Positions 47,236 to 59,844 of a stretch of DNA of 59,844 nucleotides are shown here, in pieces. Numbering within the stretch: the first letter of the stretch is position 1; every line of letters begins with the position of its first letter. The notes below the pieces were generated by a model, which saw only the letters and a program-made list of their open reading frames with translations, had not been told where the DNA came from and made no database searches. The translations under genes were made by a program, and so were the position numbers. Source of the DNA: Halocafeteria seosinensis (Eukaryota); assembly GCA_001687465.1 (NCBI GenBank), contig LVLI01000324.1, positions 1-59,844 on the forward strand, in the 5' to 3' direction.

Positions 47236-50113
47236 ATGAATGAGCAACAACAAGTCATTAGAGAGGTACGTAATTGTGGAAAATCACTCCCACATTCAAT
47301 TTGAACAAAGGGGGAGAGGCGCCAAGCCCTGTTATATGGTTTTGTAGGCTGTTTAAATACCGCCCACGAGGCCCTTCTCTCACTTCTATGTTCTCATGCA
47401 GGTGTATGATGAAGTACATAAATTTCTGGATGGAAATAAGGAGGAATTACAGCACCTCGTAGAGGAGAATCAGAGCTCCCATAGCGCTCAGAACGGCGAA
47501 AAAGACCCTGCTGTATTACATGAGCAACTCCAACAGGCGCGTGAAGATCTGAAGGACAAAGACGAGACAATTGAGAGACTGAGAATCCTACTGCGACATC
47601 ACGGAGTAGAGGATGAAACTGAGAATAGAGCACAGAACGGGAATGGACGTAAACGCTCGCGGCCATACAGTAGTGCTCACAATGAATATGAGGGCGATGA
47701 GCAGTACCAACAGAGGACGAAGATGTACCAATTGGAGTCGAAATTAGAAGAGGAGAAGCTACTACGCTCACGTGATAAAGAGCGATTTGAGTTGGAGCAG
47801 TCACAGTTGCAAGGTAGTATCGAGCAATTACAACGCCGGAAAGACTGGGCCGTCGAAGAAGAGAAGCAAGCTAGAAGTACTTTGCAAAAGCGAGAACGAG
47901 AATGGCTAGAGCAAAAGCATTCGATGGAAGAAAGGATTTACAAGCTGGAAGGGCGAATCCGGGAACTAAATAGTCAATTAGAGGAGCAACATTCGAGTAT
48001 TAAGAAAGACTCAAAGGAGAACACATATTGGGAAAGGAAGGCGCAAGAGCTGGAGGAATCGCTCAAGAGTGCGTACGAAAGGCATGAACAGCAAGTTGAT
48101 GAGATTCGTAAAGAACTTGAGGAAGAAAGTCAGAAAGCATCTCGAGCTGATACTCTGGAGAAGGAGGTATACGATTTAAAGAGTACTGTCAGAGACTTAC
48201 AAAACGAAATTAGGAGACTGGAAGAGGGGGAGGAAGCACAAACGACTAGCGAATCTTCTCGCCCTACTCAGTCCACTGCCGCAGGTTCAAGTTACACGAA
48301 AACAGAGGGAAGTAACCATAGCGGCGACGGCGGCAACCAACCTACAGGGTATTCAGAGTCGAGTGACCGCAGAGCGCCTAGCAAAGTTGCAAGACTGGAG
48401 CGCGAATGTTACAATCTTCGGCAACAGCTTGCGACAGCCGAACGCAAAGAAAGAAAAATGAAACGAGAGCTAGAGGATGTGCGAGCGGAGCAACGTAATA
48501 CAGCAGTTCTCGAGGACCAAATTGCTTCGGAGCGCGCACGGGCTGAAAGGGCCGAGAAAGTAAACCAGGAGGCGCATAAGTTACGATCAGAAGTTGAAAA
48601 GATGAAATCCGAAAGAGCAGACCTAGAGAGTGTATTTGTTAGTATACTAGGTGAAACTGAGTCTGCAAAGAATACCCATGAACAGAGTGAAGGAGCAGAA
48701 GAAGAGAGCAAGGAGAAGAGATCCGGCCAGGAATCCAGTGAGGGAAGCCGTCCAGCTGGGGTTGAGAGTTCTTATGGATTGGCTGAGTACGTCTTGGAAT
48801 CCGTTCAAGCCTTGCAGCAGCAGCATTGTGCTGCAGTTCGCGCACGCGGTAAAGCGGAGGCCAGCTTGGCATCTACGCAGCGTCAAGTTTCGTCTCTGCG
48901 ATCTCAGATTTCCTCCCTTGAAAAGGATTTGGAGGAGAGTGAAAACAGTCGGCTTTCTGCGGAGGAAGAAAAGTTACGGCTGGAGCGCCGAGTAAACTTA
49001 TTGATCAAGGAGCGGGACCATCTCAAGGAAGTTATATCGTCTTACGATCAGGAAGATAATATCAGTTACGCCAAGCGGAAAGCCCGATTACAGCAATCTG
49101 GAGAATCAGCCACGGAGCAGCAGCAAGAAGAGGATGCCAAAAGGGAACGTATTAAGCATTTAGAATCAATGCTGGAGCAGTCTAAAGAGCGGATTCAGCA
49201 ACTTGAGGAAAAAGAGCAACAGTCCACACCCGCTAGTATGGTTTCAAAGCTCCGGCAAAAGTGCAACGACCTACAAGATTCTCTAAAGAAATCTGAGGAG
49301 CAGGTTGACAAAGTAAGTGCACGTATTGGCTGTATTGTGTCATTACTTTGTAATTGAGTTTAAGTCCTCATGAATACACAGTTACAAAGCGATGTCCAAA
49401 AATTGGAAATAGAAAACGAGCAGCTTAAAGGAGAAATCGGGAGAGGGGCGTATAATCCGGCTACGACAAAGGTTGTCCACATGAAACAAAATCCTGCAAA
49501 GGATGAGGCTTTATCGAGACAAAAATCTGCGGAGCAGGAAGCCGAGAGACTGAAGGAAGAGAATAATCAACTAAAACAGCAGATACAGCAACTATCGTCA
49601 CTGAGTTCTGCTTCGTCTAGTTCATCTTCAGAACAACAGCCAATGTCTGTACTAGACGTAAGCAGTGTGGCCGCCGATGCAGGGAGTAATAAAGGAGACG
49701 ATGCTGAAACGAAGAAACGGATCCAGCGTCTGAAAGACGTCTTCGGGAAGAAAATGCGTCAGTTCAGAGAAGCCGTATATCTTTTGACGGGATACAAGGT
49801 TGATATGAGCATTACGGCTCACTCGGGAGAAACTCAGCTTGTCTTGCGCTCAATGTATGCAGAACGAGAAGAGGTAAGACTTCGTGAGCATTTGTTAGGT
49901 TTGTACTGTTACTGATCTCCTGATGGTGTGATGCCACAGGACTATTTACAATTTAAAATGACAGATGGCACGCTTGAAATGCTTGAAACCCCCTTTTGCC
50001 AACGTATTGATTCCAAAGTGACTGCGTATCTTACCACTTGTCAATCGATACCAGCATTTCTGAGCACACTGACGCTCGACTTATTCGAAAAAACAACGTT
50101 TGTTGGGACTTAG
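47236..50113 (+). CDS. MAD1: Mitotic spindle assembly checkpoint protein MAD1, 4 exons
   Basis: Long coiled coil; Mad2-binding motif TKVVHMKQNPA; RLK motif RLKDVF; FREAVYLLTGYKVD; SIPAFLSTLTLDLF. First exon MNEQQQVIRE spliced to VYDEVH. Confidence 0.93.
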
Positions 50114-50127
50114 CGAAAGCGCAGTGG

Positions 50128-51539
50128 CTATTTCTCTATACGCAGAGCATTCTTAATTTCCTGCAAAATTCAATCAGTGCTTCGTTTACAGAGAACGTTG
50201 TGTAGGGTACACATTCTAGTGAGCTTTACCTTGTATCGCTTATACTCTGCTGCCACCGGTATAATGTCTCTATGGTACCTCACTTTCCTTCCGTGCTGTG
50301 CCATGAACTTATCTTCGTAGTCTCTAAGTTTTATTTGGAGCTCCCTCTTCTCCTTCTTAAGATCATTAATAGTACCAGGTGAAGCCACATTGTTGGCAGT
50401 TGACGCGGACTCATAGGACTCTGGGTTGTTGTTGGTAGTGTCCTCCGGATGGTGCCGGGAGTCATTTGCATTATTGCTTTGCAAGACATCAGAATCTCCG
50501 GAGTTATGTACCGCTCGTCGACTCTTATCTACATTCTCTCCTTTCGACCGGCTTGGGGACGCTTTTGCTGTTCCTTCTTGCGCTTGCTTCGCGGAAATTG
50601 CCTTCTTATAATCATGATACCTTTGGTACAAGTGCCTAATTGGCTCCTTGTCCACTTTCTCCGGCTGCAACCAACACATAGATCATTGCCATTGGAAGGC
50701 CGACAGAAGTCCTATTGCCATTCACAAGATACGTACCTGCCTTCCGTATTTCGCTTCGAAGGATATATCATACTGTCTGAGTCTCTTCTTTAGTGTTGCC
50801 TGCAATTGTTTCCATTCTCTCTCTCGTAGGACTAACGAACACGATATAAATACTAGCCCCCAGTGGTGGCAGGCATACCTTTTCTTCCATTAATTCATGC
50901 AAAGGTTTTTTGAAGATTTCTTCATTTCCTTTGGATCCCTCAGCTGCAGCGCCATTGAGCAAGTCAGAACTCAGGTTGGAGAACAGCAACTTTCTGGAAT
51001 GCTTACTATCTTCTTGCATATCGCGTACCGGTGCGTCGCAAACGGAAACTCTGCAACAAGGATAAGAGGGGCAATAAAACTTGAATTCTCTTGCATCGTC
51101 TGTATCAGGTGACGTTCGAGGTGACATACGTAGGAGCCGTCGGCACGGTGGAACTATCCTCATTTTCTTTGTTTCCACTAATGCTATTGCTGTTCCCCTT
51201 GGCAGTCGACGACTTAGAATGTTGAACGGGGGAGACGATGAACGAAGAGCTCAGGCGGCTGCTGTCATTGGTGCCCATATCGGCCGTCGATGTCGAAGAC
51301 GATGAGGACGATGAGGTCGATGTAGCTGCTTTTTCAGTTCGTCTGGCACTGGAAGCACGTTTTCCCTCTTCACCAGGGTCTTCCTTGCTCGAGCTAGAAC
51401 TTTGTGGTGTGATGATGCCGGCCTGTAAAGGCTTTCCACGCATAAAATTAGCCACGGAAAGCCTCAAGAGACCCTCGACGACGGCATTGGCCGACTGAGA
51501 TTCATGGGAGGAAGTTGAGCTATCCAGTTCATCCATCAT
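50128..51539 (-). CDS. FAM13 C-terminal-domain protein, multi-exon
   Basis: Two repeats: EEK..LKKRLRQYDISFEAKYGR..DKEPIRHLYQRY and KEKRELQIKLRDYEDKFMAQHGRKV..PVAAEYKRYK; Ser-rich N-terminus; no RhoGAP seen. Confidence 0.8.
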
Positions 51540-51772
51540 TCCGACCGGAAAATAGGAAAACGGGGACTAGCTTCTATATTTCTCTCGTCGCATTAACAGG
51601 TGTGAAACAACATTGGACACACGTGATATAGTCCAACAGAGACACTCGATAGCATATAGTTGAAGTTGGTCGTGGGACGGCCGTTTACTGCTGCAACTGG
51701 GCAGGGATACTGCCTTCTAGTGGTTTGTCGACTGCTAGATAGTGGCCCAGACGAGCGTAAAGTCGAATAATC

Positions 51773-54700
51773 ATGTCCTCTTCAGCGATTGATGTTCATC
51801 TGGATGACTATGATGTCCTGCGTGGCGTACGAGACGCCTTCCGAATCGCCCAAGAAGAGGAGGAGTATGTGAGCGTTGGAGCTCCTGTTATAGTCTCTTT
51901 AGACTCCTCCACCGGCGCAGACAGTACATCGAAAACGAAGGAAGAAAAGAATGCAGAAAAGAGCCTGGTACATGAGGGGAAAATTGTGAAAATCCCTCCC
52001 GGAGAACGGAAACGAGGTCCATTTGAAGACAGATTTCCGAAAGGAGGTAGCTTGGAAGAACCCAAGCCAGAGCTTAATTACACGATCGATATACAAGATG
52101 GAGAGGACACCCTAACAAAGGTACGTCCGTATATTGAGACGACAGCATGGGTCAAATGATGGAAATGAAGTTTGTCTCGTGTGCAGGAGGTTCGGCGATC
52201 GCAAATTCAAATTCTGCTGAAAAGAGGCTCCGCGGTCGAAGTTCGTACAGCACCTGATGATATAGACGAATTTGATGTTGTAGCAGAGGTCATCAAGTAC
52301 AGCTTTAGGAAGAACAAGTACCAAGTGAAGATCATTGAGCATGTATCCCACCGTGAAGGAGAGGAACCACCAGAAGAATGTACTCCGGGAAAGAAGCTAT
52401 ACGTACCACGAAAAGATATCAGACTGCCTCCAAAAGTGGGCAGTCCTGTGCTAATCGCTGATCCTGATAAAAGGGATGATGTTGACGCGCGAGTTGAAAA
52501 ACTACAAGCAAAAGATGAAGACTATCGGTTCAACTCCCTTTTGCCATCTTTCCAGGGATGGTACGCGGGAAAACTCGTCAAGGTTGACGGTCGTGAATAT
52601 ATTGTACGATCCGAGTCTCAAAGCCAGTCACAAAACCTTGAAGAACGAGTTAATTATGCTGACGTACATACTTATCTTCCAGAGAGCATCCGAAAAATAG
52701 CAGTAAGCAACGCAAGCGATAATGTGCTCACCGCTCGTGCTGTGGAGACGCTCTTTCGCAGAGTGGGGACCCATTTTGCGACAAATAAGGTGTCAGCAGG
52801 AGAAGTCAACCCCAACCGGAAGGATGTTAATCATATAGTGGAGAACATTTTGAGAGTAAACAGGAAGAAAATTCCTGTGGAGAGGTTGCTAAACTTGCTT
52901 TGGGCCCATTCTCCAGATTCTGAGGCACAAAAAACTCTCGACCAGACTGCAGATAAGCCGAAGAGAGAAGCAACGTCTGACCGGCGAGAGCTTTCTAGCT
53001 CATCGCAGGTCCGAAAAGACTCAGGTGTAGTAGATCCAGCAGAGATTTCAAGGGAAAAGAGCAACGTGGGGGACTTTTGGAGGGCCACGGACTCCGAAAT
53101 AATATCACAATTAACTACTCTGAATGCGCGAGCTAGCCTCCGTTACAAGGAGAAATTAATGTCAGAGGAAGAAGAAGAAACCTTGCTTGATCTAATGGAA
53201 CCAAGCATTAAACTTGCTTTCTCAGCGCTAAAGCTATTTTCGCAGCTCAGAGACAGCGAGGGACAAGATGGTGAACGACTCCCCTTGCCAGTATTGCTAC
53301 CTTTGCTTCGCTCTATGGGCATCTATATCTCATTGCAAGAAACGGCGAACGCTATACATGAGGTTGGGCTAACAAGCTCTGTCAAAGAGGCAAAAGCTGC
53401 TTTGGTTGGAACAGATGAAGTACATATTTCCCTTGACGATGCGATCAGTGTAATTCATGAGCTAGTTATCCGTATTTCGTCCACTGGCATGAGCAGCGTT
53501 ATGGAAAGTAGACTGCTGTACCTGTTTAGCGGCTCTTCGGAAAGCGAGGGGCTTTCCTCGCATGTTGCCAACTTGTTAACAGAAAATGGAAATCGTGATA
53601 AACAGAGCAGATCTGGTATGGATATCCAAAGCTCATACTATGCCGCTATTGCCAGTCGTGTTGATATTGCTTCGTCATTCCGCCAAAGTGCGTCAGTCTA
53701 TCAAGCTAGTGAGACGATAGGAAAGACTGGCACGGTGCCATGGTTCGCTGAAGAGATGGTATTGCCGCGGAACGAGTTCATTAATCTTCTCTGTCATTGT
53801 GGACCTTTGGCCCTTACTCACCCGGAGGCAGTTGCCCTTGCAAATGACGCATTGTGGTGTGATACAAAGGGGGCAATAGATGTATGCGATTGTATAAATC
53901 AGCTGAAGTACTACTTACTGGGGCTTATTTCAGTGAAAGGTAAGGATGAAAATTGTAGAAAAGCATTGCTGAAGCTTCGAAATACCCTTCTTGCCAGTCC
54001 TCTATCCGCTTTCGTCAACGCCGACCGTAACAAGGGTATTGGTACTGACAAAGGACCATGCTTATGGCTACTTGCAACTGCGACACTACCTGCCGGATTT
54101 GCTCCTTCTCTATTGAGCCTAACGGCTACATCTCCTATGTCTTCGTTGTCCCATCAGTTATACCCTCGAGTATCCGGTGATCCAACATTTAGTGCATTAA
54201 CTGACTTCTTTCTTTTGCCGGAAGGGCAAACTGAGAAGGATGCGATACTAGGAGAAGGCTATGAGGCTATGTCTGGACGAATCTTCGGAATAGGCACAGA
54301 CGGTGCTGGGCTGAGGTTACGTTTGTATGATATAATGGCCTCTAACGAAGATTCTTCTTGTGAGTGGGTGGGGGCAATATGCGATCAGTGCAGGGAGCTG
54401 TTATTCCCCTCTGTAAAGCGGGGTAGTCGCTCTGAAGACAAGCTGGCATCTATCCATTCGAATGGGCAGCTTACCCGTCTGGATCGGCGGTCACAGCAGA
54501 ACTTAGCAGACTTGACTCAAATTAAGACAGGAATTGTTGAGTTAGGTGTTGCGAAGAATATCCCTCGTTTGGAATCTCAGCTGCTGCCAGCCGTAGTTTC
54601 GCGGCAGGTTCGACTGGTTGTAACCGATACCTGTGGAGATTCCACCCGTTCCTCTACCCGTCGCACAATTAGCAACCAGCATATTTGCACAGCTGCTATG

Positions 54701-56168
54701 GATATTGACTCTGAGATTGGAACGGAGACGTGGTATCTTCGCGAAAAGCCACTTATCAAAGCTTTGGAACACTGTGACTATAGGTCGCGGTACTTTGATG
54801 AAAAAGGTCAGGAGGAGTTGTCGGATTTTGAACTAAGTGGAAGTGCTGAAACTGCTGCTGGTACATTCGTTATTAGAAGTAACCAGTTTATTTCGAATCA
54901 ATCTAGCGATGAGGACAACCGGACAGAGCAACAGCTATTTCTAGAGTTTACAATCACCATGAACCTCTCCAAATTGATCGACTGCATCGAAAAGCTTGCA
55001 AATGAGACCGGGGAGGAAGACTCGGTATACCAGGAAGTAATTGATAAATTTGAAGAACTATTGGATTCTGAAGAATCTGAAAAGGCAATTGGGGAGGTTG
55101 AATTCACCGCTTGCTCCACTTTACTGTCTCTGTCGGAGCTGGTACGATCTAATGACGACGGCCAGGAGAAAAAGAAGAAAAGCAAGGGTAGCACGAAGGT
55201 GAGAATTGAAGTATACACTAGTAATGTGGTAGTTGAAGCTAAGATTGTGTCGTACAACGCAGGAGCTGAATATCGCGTTGACTGTGGGATCTGTGCTCGA
55301 GGAACTGAGGACAATGGAGAAAGTGGAGTCCTCAAACGAGGCCACTACCAAGAAAAGCTCCAGGATAAAGTCTATTTTTCAAAAGAAATCGGGAAGTTCA
55401 ACTCCCTCTCTTGATTTGAAAATGCTCTCGTTGGAGGGTGTCGATAGTTTATATTCTGAAGCCATCCCGTTCTTACCGGGTGAACTTCCGGTAATCGTAC
55501 CTCTTGTGGCTTGCCCCACTATAGTGACTTACAGGGTGTTACTAGCATCATTAGTTTTGAATCGATGGGATGCTAGTTTTCCGCGTAAGTTTTCATGTTG
55601 TGATACCGTCTAAAGATTGTACTAAACGGGTTTGTGCCCTTGCAGTAATTGGTGTAAATTACTCTTCGACTATTTCCTCCTGTCTCAAGATCCTCAATCG
55701 TCTCTGCGGTAGTGTGTCACTTTTACATTCCATTAGCAAGGCTTGGAATAAAACGCTGCAGCGCGATAAGGTAAGAGTGAGGTCTAAGGTTTGCTAAGAC
55801 TGTGCTGATGCGAATCGTTCTTGTATAACGGTCTATTTCAGGTCGACAAAGGTCTTCTTCATACATTTAGTGACATAATTTGGGCATGCTGGGCCGAGTG
55901 CAAGTCCGTGTACGGAGAGGAGGAACCCAGTCGTATTCGAGTTACTGATACTGAAACCGATTCCACCCATTCTAAGGGCGAGCCAGAGATCCGACTCAAT
56001 GTGGGACAGAGGCTATCTCTGCTAATCCAGTGCAAGCTTGATTCTGAGATAGAGAAGAGTAAGGCTGCAGACGAATCTACAGAGGTCAACCGCTTTGTTG
56101 GCGACACATCTGATGAAGAGTGTTTTGCTCCGTTTTCGATAGAGGAAACGATCCTGTCACCAGTTTGA
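51773..56168 (+). CDS. NPHP1: Nephrocystin-1-like ciliary transition-zone protein with extended N-terminus, multi-exon
   Basis: ATLPAGFAPSLLS..LYP (cf. NPHP1 AIPAGFRPSTLSQ..LQP); SRQVRLVVTD..ISNQH..ETWY (cf. SRHVRLCLFD..LSNIH..KTWTF); FVIRSN..LFLEF; LPGELP..TYR. Introns near 52121-52186, 55200-55262 and two further 3' ones. Confidence 0.72.
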
Positions 56169-56531
56169 AGTCTTGAGCGTTAAATTTATGAATAGAACGT
56201 GGATAATTAGCAAATAACTGGATGAATTGTATATCAAGACATGTCGTTGCTCAGAAAACCAGGCATACCGTGGTGAATCACTACCACCCTCGATTAGTTA
56301 TGCAATGGCAATGCTTTTGCCCGCAAAATGTACGCGCATTTTGAGGAAAAGCACTACGCTACATTGCACATAGCCTGCCATCATGCTATGGTAAACACTT
56401 AACCGCATAAAGGGATTGAAGAAATGGCAACACTGATAGTTACGCATCCAATAGTGGTGTGGCATCTCCAGTAATGAAGGTGCATCTTGAGATACTCAAA
56501 ATCCAACCTGGAGTTTGTAGTCGGCTGAATA

Positions 56532-57498
56532 TTACGCCATCTCCGTATCCGCACTCTCGGCTGCACCAGACGACCCTCCATTATGAGGATCAATATTGGG
56601 GGGCAGTTTGCCCATTTGAAGATACTGCTCTAATCGATCAATTTCTTCCGGCGAGGAAGCATTGTTCAGGTACTCCTGCATGTCTCAGTGTCGCAACCAA
56701 ACCGCTGTTATCTTCCTTGGAATAGAAACCACCGAACTTACTTCTATCGCTGCTAACTGTTCGTGAGTGAATGAGCTTTCGGAAGAACCGCCACTTTTAG
56801 CCACTTCACCTGGTGTAAACGTCTTGGCCTGCACAGAGCCGTAAAGTTCATTGCCTTGGGTATCGGAAGACCGAAAACTTGACAAGAGCACCTACCTTGT
56901 TTATCGCTTGTTCCAACTGTTTTCCTGCGCTACTCTTGAATAGTTTCTCCGCTTGTACCCGTTCTTCTGGCTTTACCTTCCTAAAATCTAACTCTTTCAG
57001 CTGTGGCAGTTTATGGATGACATAAAACCTATAGTGCTGCCTTCGCGTTACCGGGTTGTGTAGTAAACTCAAACATGTTACTTTCGTGAAAGACGCCAAT
57101 GAATCCACCTCACTCAGGGAGGCAATATAGTTGTTCGTCAGCATAAGGGTATCTAAATGGGGTAAGGATTTTCCTAAATCATCCTCAATCTTCGTAATTC
57201 TGTTGTTGTTCAGTAGTAGCATGGTCAATCGTGTCAGGTAGGGGAAATTTTCAAGCTTTTGGATTTCATTATCGGATAAATCAATGCAGTCGTACGAGTC
57301 TTTGGTAGCACCAAGACTCTCGATCATAGGTATCTTGTAACCTGCATGGGACAAGAGTACAACAACCAGTGCTAGATACATGGAGACATCCTCAGAAAGA
57401 GCAGGTTGTGAAATCGTACCGCGTAGCTCTATCTCCCGTTCTCGTAGAGCATTTATATGCACACGCGCTCTCGATATCAGATCCGCTGTGAGCTTCAT
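56532..57498 (-). CDS. SNRPA1: U2 snRNP protein A' (LRR), 4 exons
   Basis: MKLTADLI, REIELRG-YKIPMIESLGAT, IDLSDNEIQKLENFP, YRFYVIHKLPQLKELDFRKV, EEIDRLE. Confidence 0.97.
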
Positions 57499-58151
57499 CG
57501 TACAAGAGTCTCCGAAACCACCACATATATACGCGCACATTCACACACGGACCCACAATGACGCTCCTTTCTCTGCCACCGAATCGCTTGGGCGTCTCTA
57601 AGAGATCGGGCAAACATTTGTTGGGGTATACAACCGGACAAACAAATGTTACACTTTGGTCTGAGCCCTACTTCAAGTTCATTTTTTCAGATTCATTTGG
57701 CTTAAAACGAAGTGAATATTTCTGAAACAGAATATTCACGTAACGAAAGGACAAAAACAGTACAAAAGAGAACTAGCGGGCTTTTATTTGAAGTTCGTAT
57801 TAATCTCATATGTACGTATAAAACGCCGTATCTTTGCGTCGAGGAATCGAGGATGCTTTTCGGAGCTTCATTAGCCTGTTGCTTGAACAATCGTCCCCGA
57901 CATTAATAGGATAAATGTATCCGCTATGGGGAAAGTATTTACCTTGAGTAATGCCAAGGTACATCTCTTTGTAAATGATATGCGAAGAGTGAAGGGAAGC
58001 TCGAGGCTGCGGGATTTTCCGCAACCTATGGACCTTTTTTGTTGTCTAGTTGCCTCCCCAAAATTCGTCCCCCGTTATTTTGTGGGAGTCACAACAGCTA
58101 CTATTGTATCTTTGTACCTCCTGCAGACACATATAACACACAAAGACCAAA

Positions 58152-59129
58152 ATGGGGGACGAAAGGGCACCGCGTGTTGATCGTGACAAACTTGTAGGTG
58201 CCACCCAAAAACGAAACTGGATCTCGTGCCCGCCAATTGCCTCAACTTAACTCTTCGTCTTCGACTACTTGTACTTCAGTTTAGCATCCGTGTGGCGAAT
58301 TTGCCTTATTCCATCAGGTAAGAGGTCCTCATTCTTGAGATAGAACCTTGCATACTCACATCAACATTGCCGGCTGCAGAAAAGAGGAATTGGAAGACCA
58401 CTTTGCCAAATATGGACAGGTTGGGGATGTCTACGTTCCCACCGACAGGGACACTGGCAGCGGGCGTGGCTTTGCTTTTGTTCGTTACGAGGAAAAATCT
58501 GCCGCCGACGAGGCTGTAGCGCAAGAGGATAACGTTGAAAACTTCGGCCGTACTTTGCACGTGGGGATCGCTGAGCCACCTCGTCCCAGAGGAGACCGTG
58601 ATTTTGGAGGCCGGGGTGGCGGTAGAGGTGGATTCCGCGGAGGAAGAGGCGGTGGTGGACGTTTCGGGTATGTTACTGCTTCATGAGGTTTTCCTTTTCT
58701 TCCCGTTGTACGACTGTCGGCAGCTCTCATTCGGATGCTCTTGCTAGAGATGTCGCTGTAAGGGTTGCCAGTATACTGTCTTGGGACCACCAGCCGTGTT
58801 GTCGACCAGCAGCCGTGTTGTCGATCAATGAAAGCAACGTGCCCATGGCGTAATGTAACGCCGCATCGTCGTAGTGATTCGAGAAGCATCGAGACTGATT
58901 TATCCGTGTTGACTGTTGAGCTGCCTGTTGCCTCCTTCGCTGCTTTCTGTATCACCTGTTCAATACTGTTTTCCTGCCCTGACTTGTCCTTCACAGAGAC
59001 CGAGACAGACGTGATGGCTACGGTGGAGACAGAGGAGATCGCCGCGGGGGCGACCGTCGCGAAGAACGCCGTCCACGCCGCAGCAGAAGCCGCAGTCGGG
59101 AGGAGCGCCGTCGCAGAAGCCGCAGTTAA
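58152..59129 (+). CDS. SR-family splicing factor (SRSF2/SC35-like): RRM + RGG + RD/RS tail, 4 exons
   Basis: FSIRVANL (RNP2), FAKYGQVGDVYVPTDR, RGFAFVRY (RNP1), RGG tract; intron 58668-58996; last exon ends RRSRSRSREERRRRSRS*. Confidence 0.9.
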
Positions 59130-59276
59130 GCCTTTCCAAGAACGATAATTACACGATCGCGCAGTTAAATGTGTATTTTGGCTAAAGAAAGGAACAGATG
59201 CAATAAACTCTGCTTGACACTGCTTATCCGGAGATGCAGTGGAGAACAAGACAAAGTGTGAGACGTAAACTCAATG

Positions 59277-59844
59277 CTACATCTCTTGTACTATATTCAG
59301 TTTACGTCGTTTTAAGAATCCACTCTTCTTGTGTTTCTTCGTGTATGCACAATTGCTGTTGCCAAGAAATGAAGATATTTTTGATCCACTGTTTTCGTCG
59401 TTGTTAAACGTCCTGAAATGCCAACGTGATGAAAAAAAATCGGTTCATCAGAGAAGCGATAGTGCTTGTAACATTGCGCACTCACCATTCACATGCTGCG
59501 GCTTGATCAGCTAGAAGGTCTCTAGACGTAGACCAGCTGAATCGTACAATGGAAGGAAAGCCGAAAACCGCATCGACATTTTGCCTTAACCATTCCTTAG
59601 TGGAGGGATCTGGGACAGTGACGATTTACCATTCCTAGACGACGGAAAAGAAGCCAATTTTCAACGCCGTCCTTACCTGACGGGTAGCCACTACCATACG
59701 GAGCAGCCCCTTGTTTCGTTTCGATTGAATGCTCTTTATCCCAATGTTCCATTGCTTCATCCCTTGTCACCTTTGCGCATATACTAGCGGCACTCACGCA
59801 TTTGTACAGTGAGTCGGCCTTCTTGCGCACGGTAAACTCAATCT
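59277..59844 (-). CDS. RNASEH2A: Ribonuclease H2 subunit A, 3' part (5' end outside window)
   Basis: [54 protein letters not shown] in last exon. Confidence 0.95.

Noticed and set aside
55200..55414. Apparent stop/frameshift ending the 1080-aa ORF
   Set aside because: Explained by an intron near 55200-55262 that moves the frame to ELNIALTVG...; not a pseudogene.
58485..59249. 254-aa minus-strand ORF
   Set aside because: Antisense shadow of the G/R-rich SR gene; Ala/Pro/Ser-rich with no motif.
20419..59844. SAMHD1 and RNASEH2A (both Aicardi-Goutieres genes) in one window as an immunity cluster
   Set aside because: 37 kb and many unrelated housekeeping genes apart; consistent with chance.
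1..59844. tRNA, rRNA, snRNA, CRISPR, transposon or viral insert
   Set aside because: No recognisable signatures, terminal repeats, transposase/RT/capsid motifs or spaced repeats by eye; a covariance-model scan could still find small RNAs.

Overview
Eukaryotic, very gene-dense nuclear DNA with short GT-AG introns (mostly about 60-90 nt) and intergenic gaps down to zero or overlap. The gene set (NPHP1-like, Arp2/3, MAD1, taxilin, multi-CNB kinase) fits a flagellated unicellular eukaryote; a stramenopile is my guess only. There are about 24 supportable protein genes: taxilin, a 3xCNB AGC kinase (PKG-like), a ~4,645-aa myosin, SAMHD1-like dNTPase, ARMC1, a multipass membrane protein, ARPC4, a coiled-coil protein, seipin, a monoglyceride-lipase-like hydrolase, a cysteine desulfurase-TtcA fusion, a mitochondrial pseudo-hydrolase, HSP10, a HEAT protein, Mdm35-like, MAD1, FAM13-like, NPHP1-like, U2A', an SR protein and partial RNase H2A. 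Best leads: (1) a single-chain SufS-like desulfurase + TtcA-type thiolase, i.e. a possibly self-contained RNA thiolation enzyme in a eukaryote; (2) a giant myosin whose tail is about 20 copies of an unrecognised ~100-150-aa repeat ending in MyTH4. No tRNA, rRNA, CRISPR or transposon was seen. Exon boundaries were read by eye and family calls come from motif recognition, not searches.
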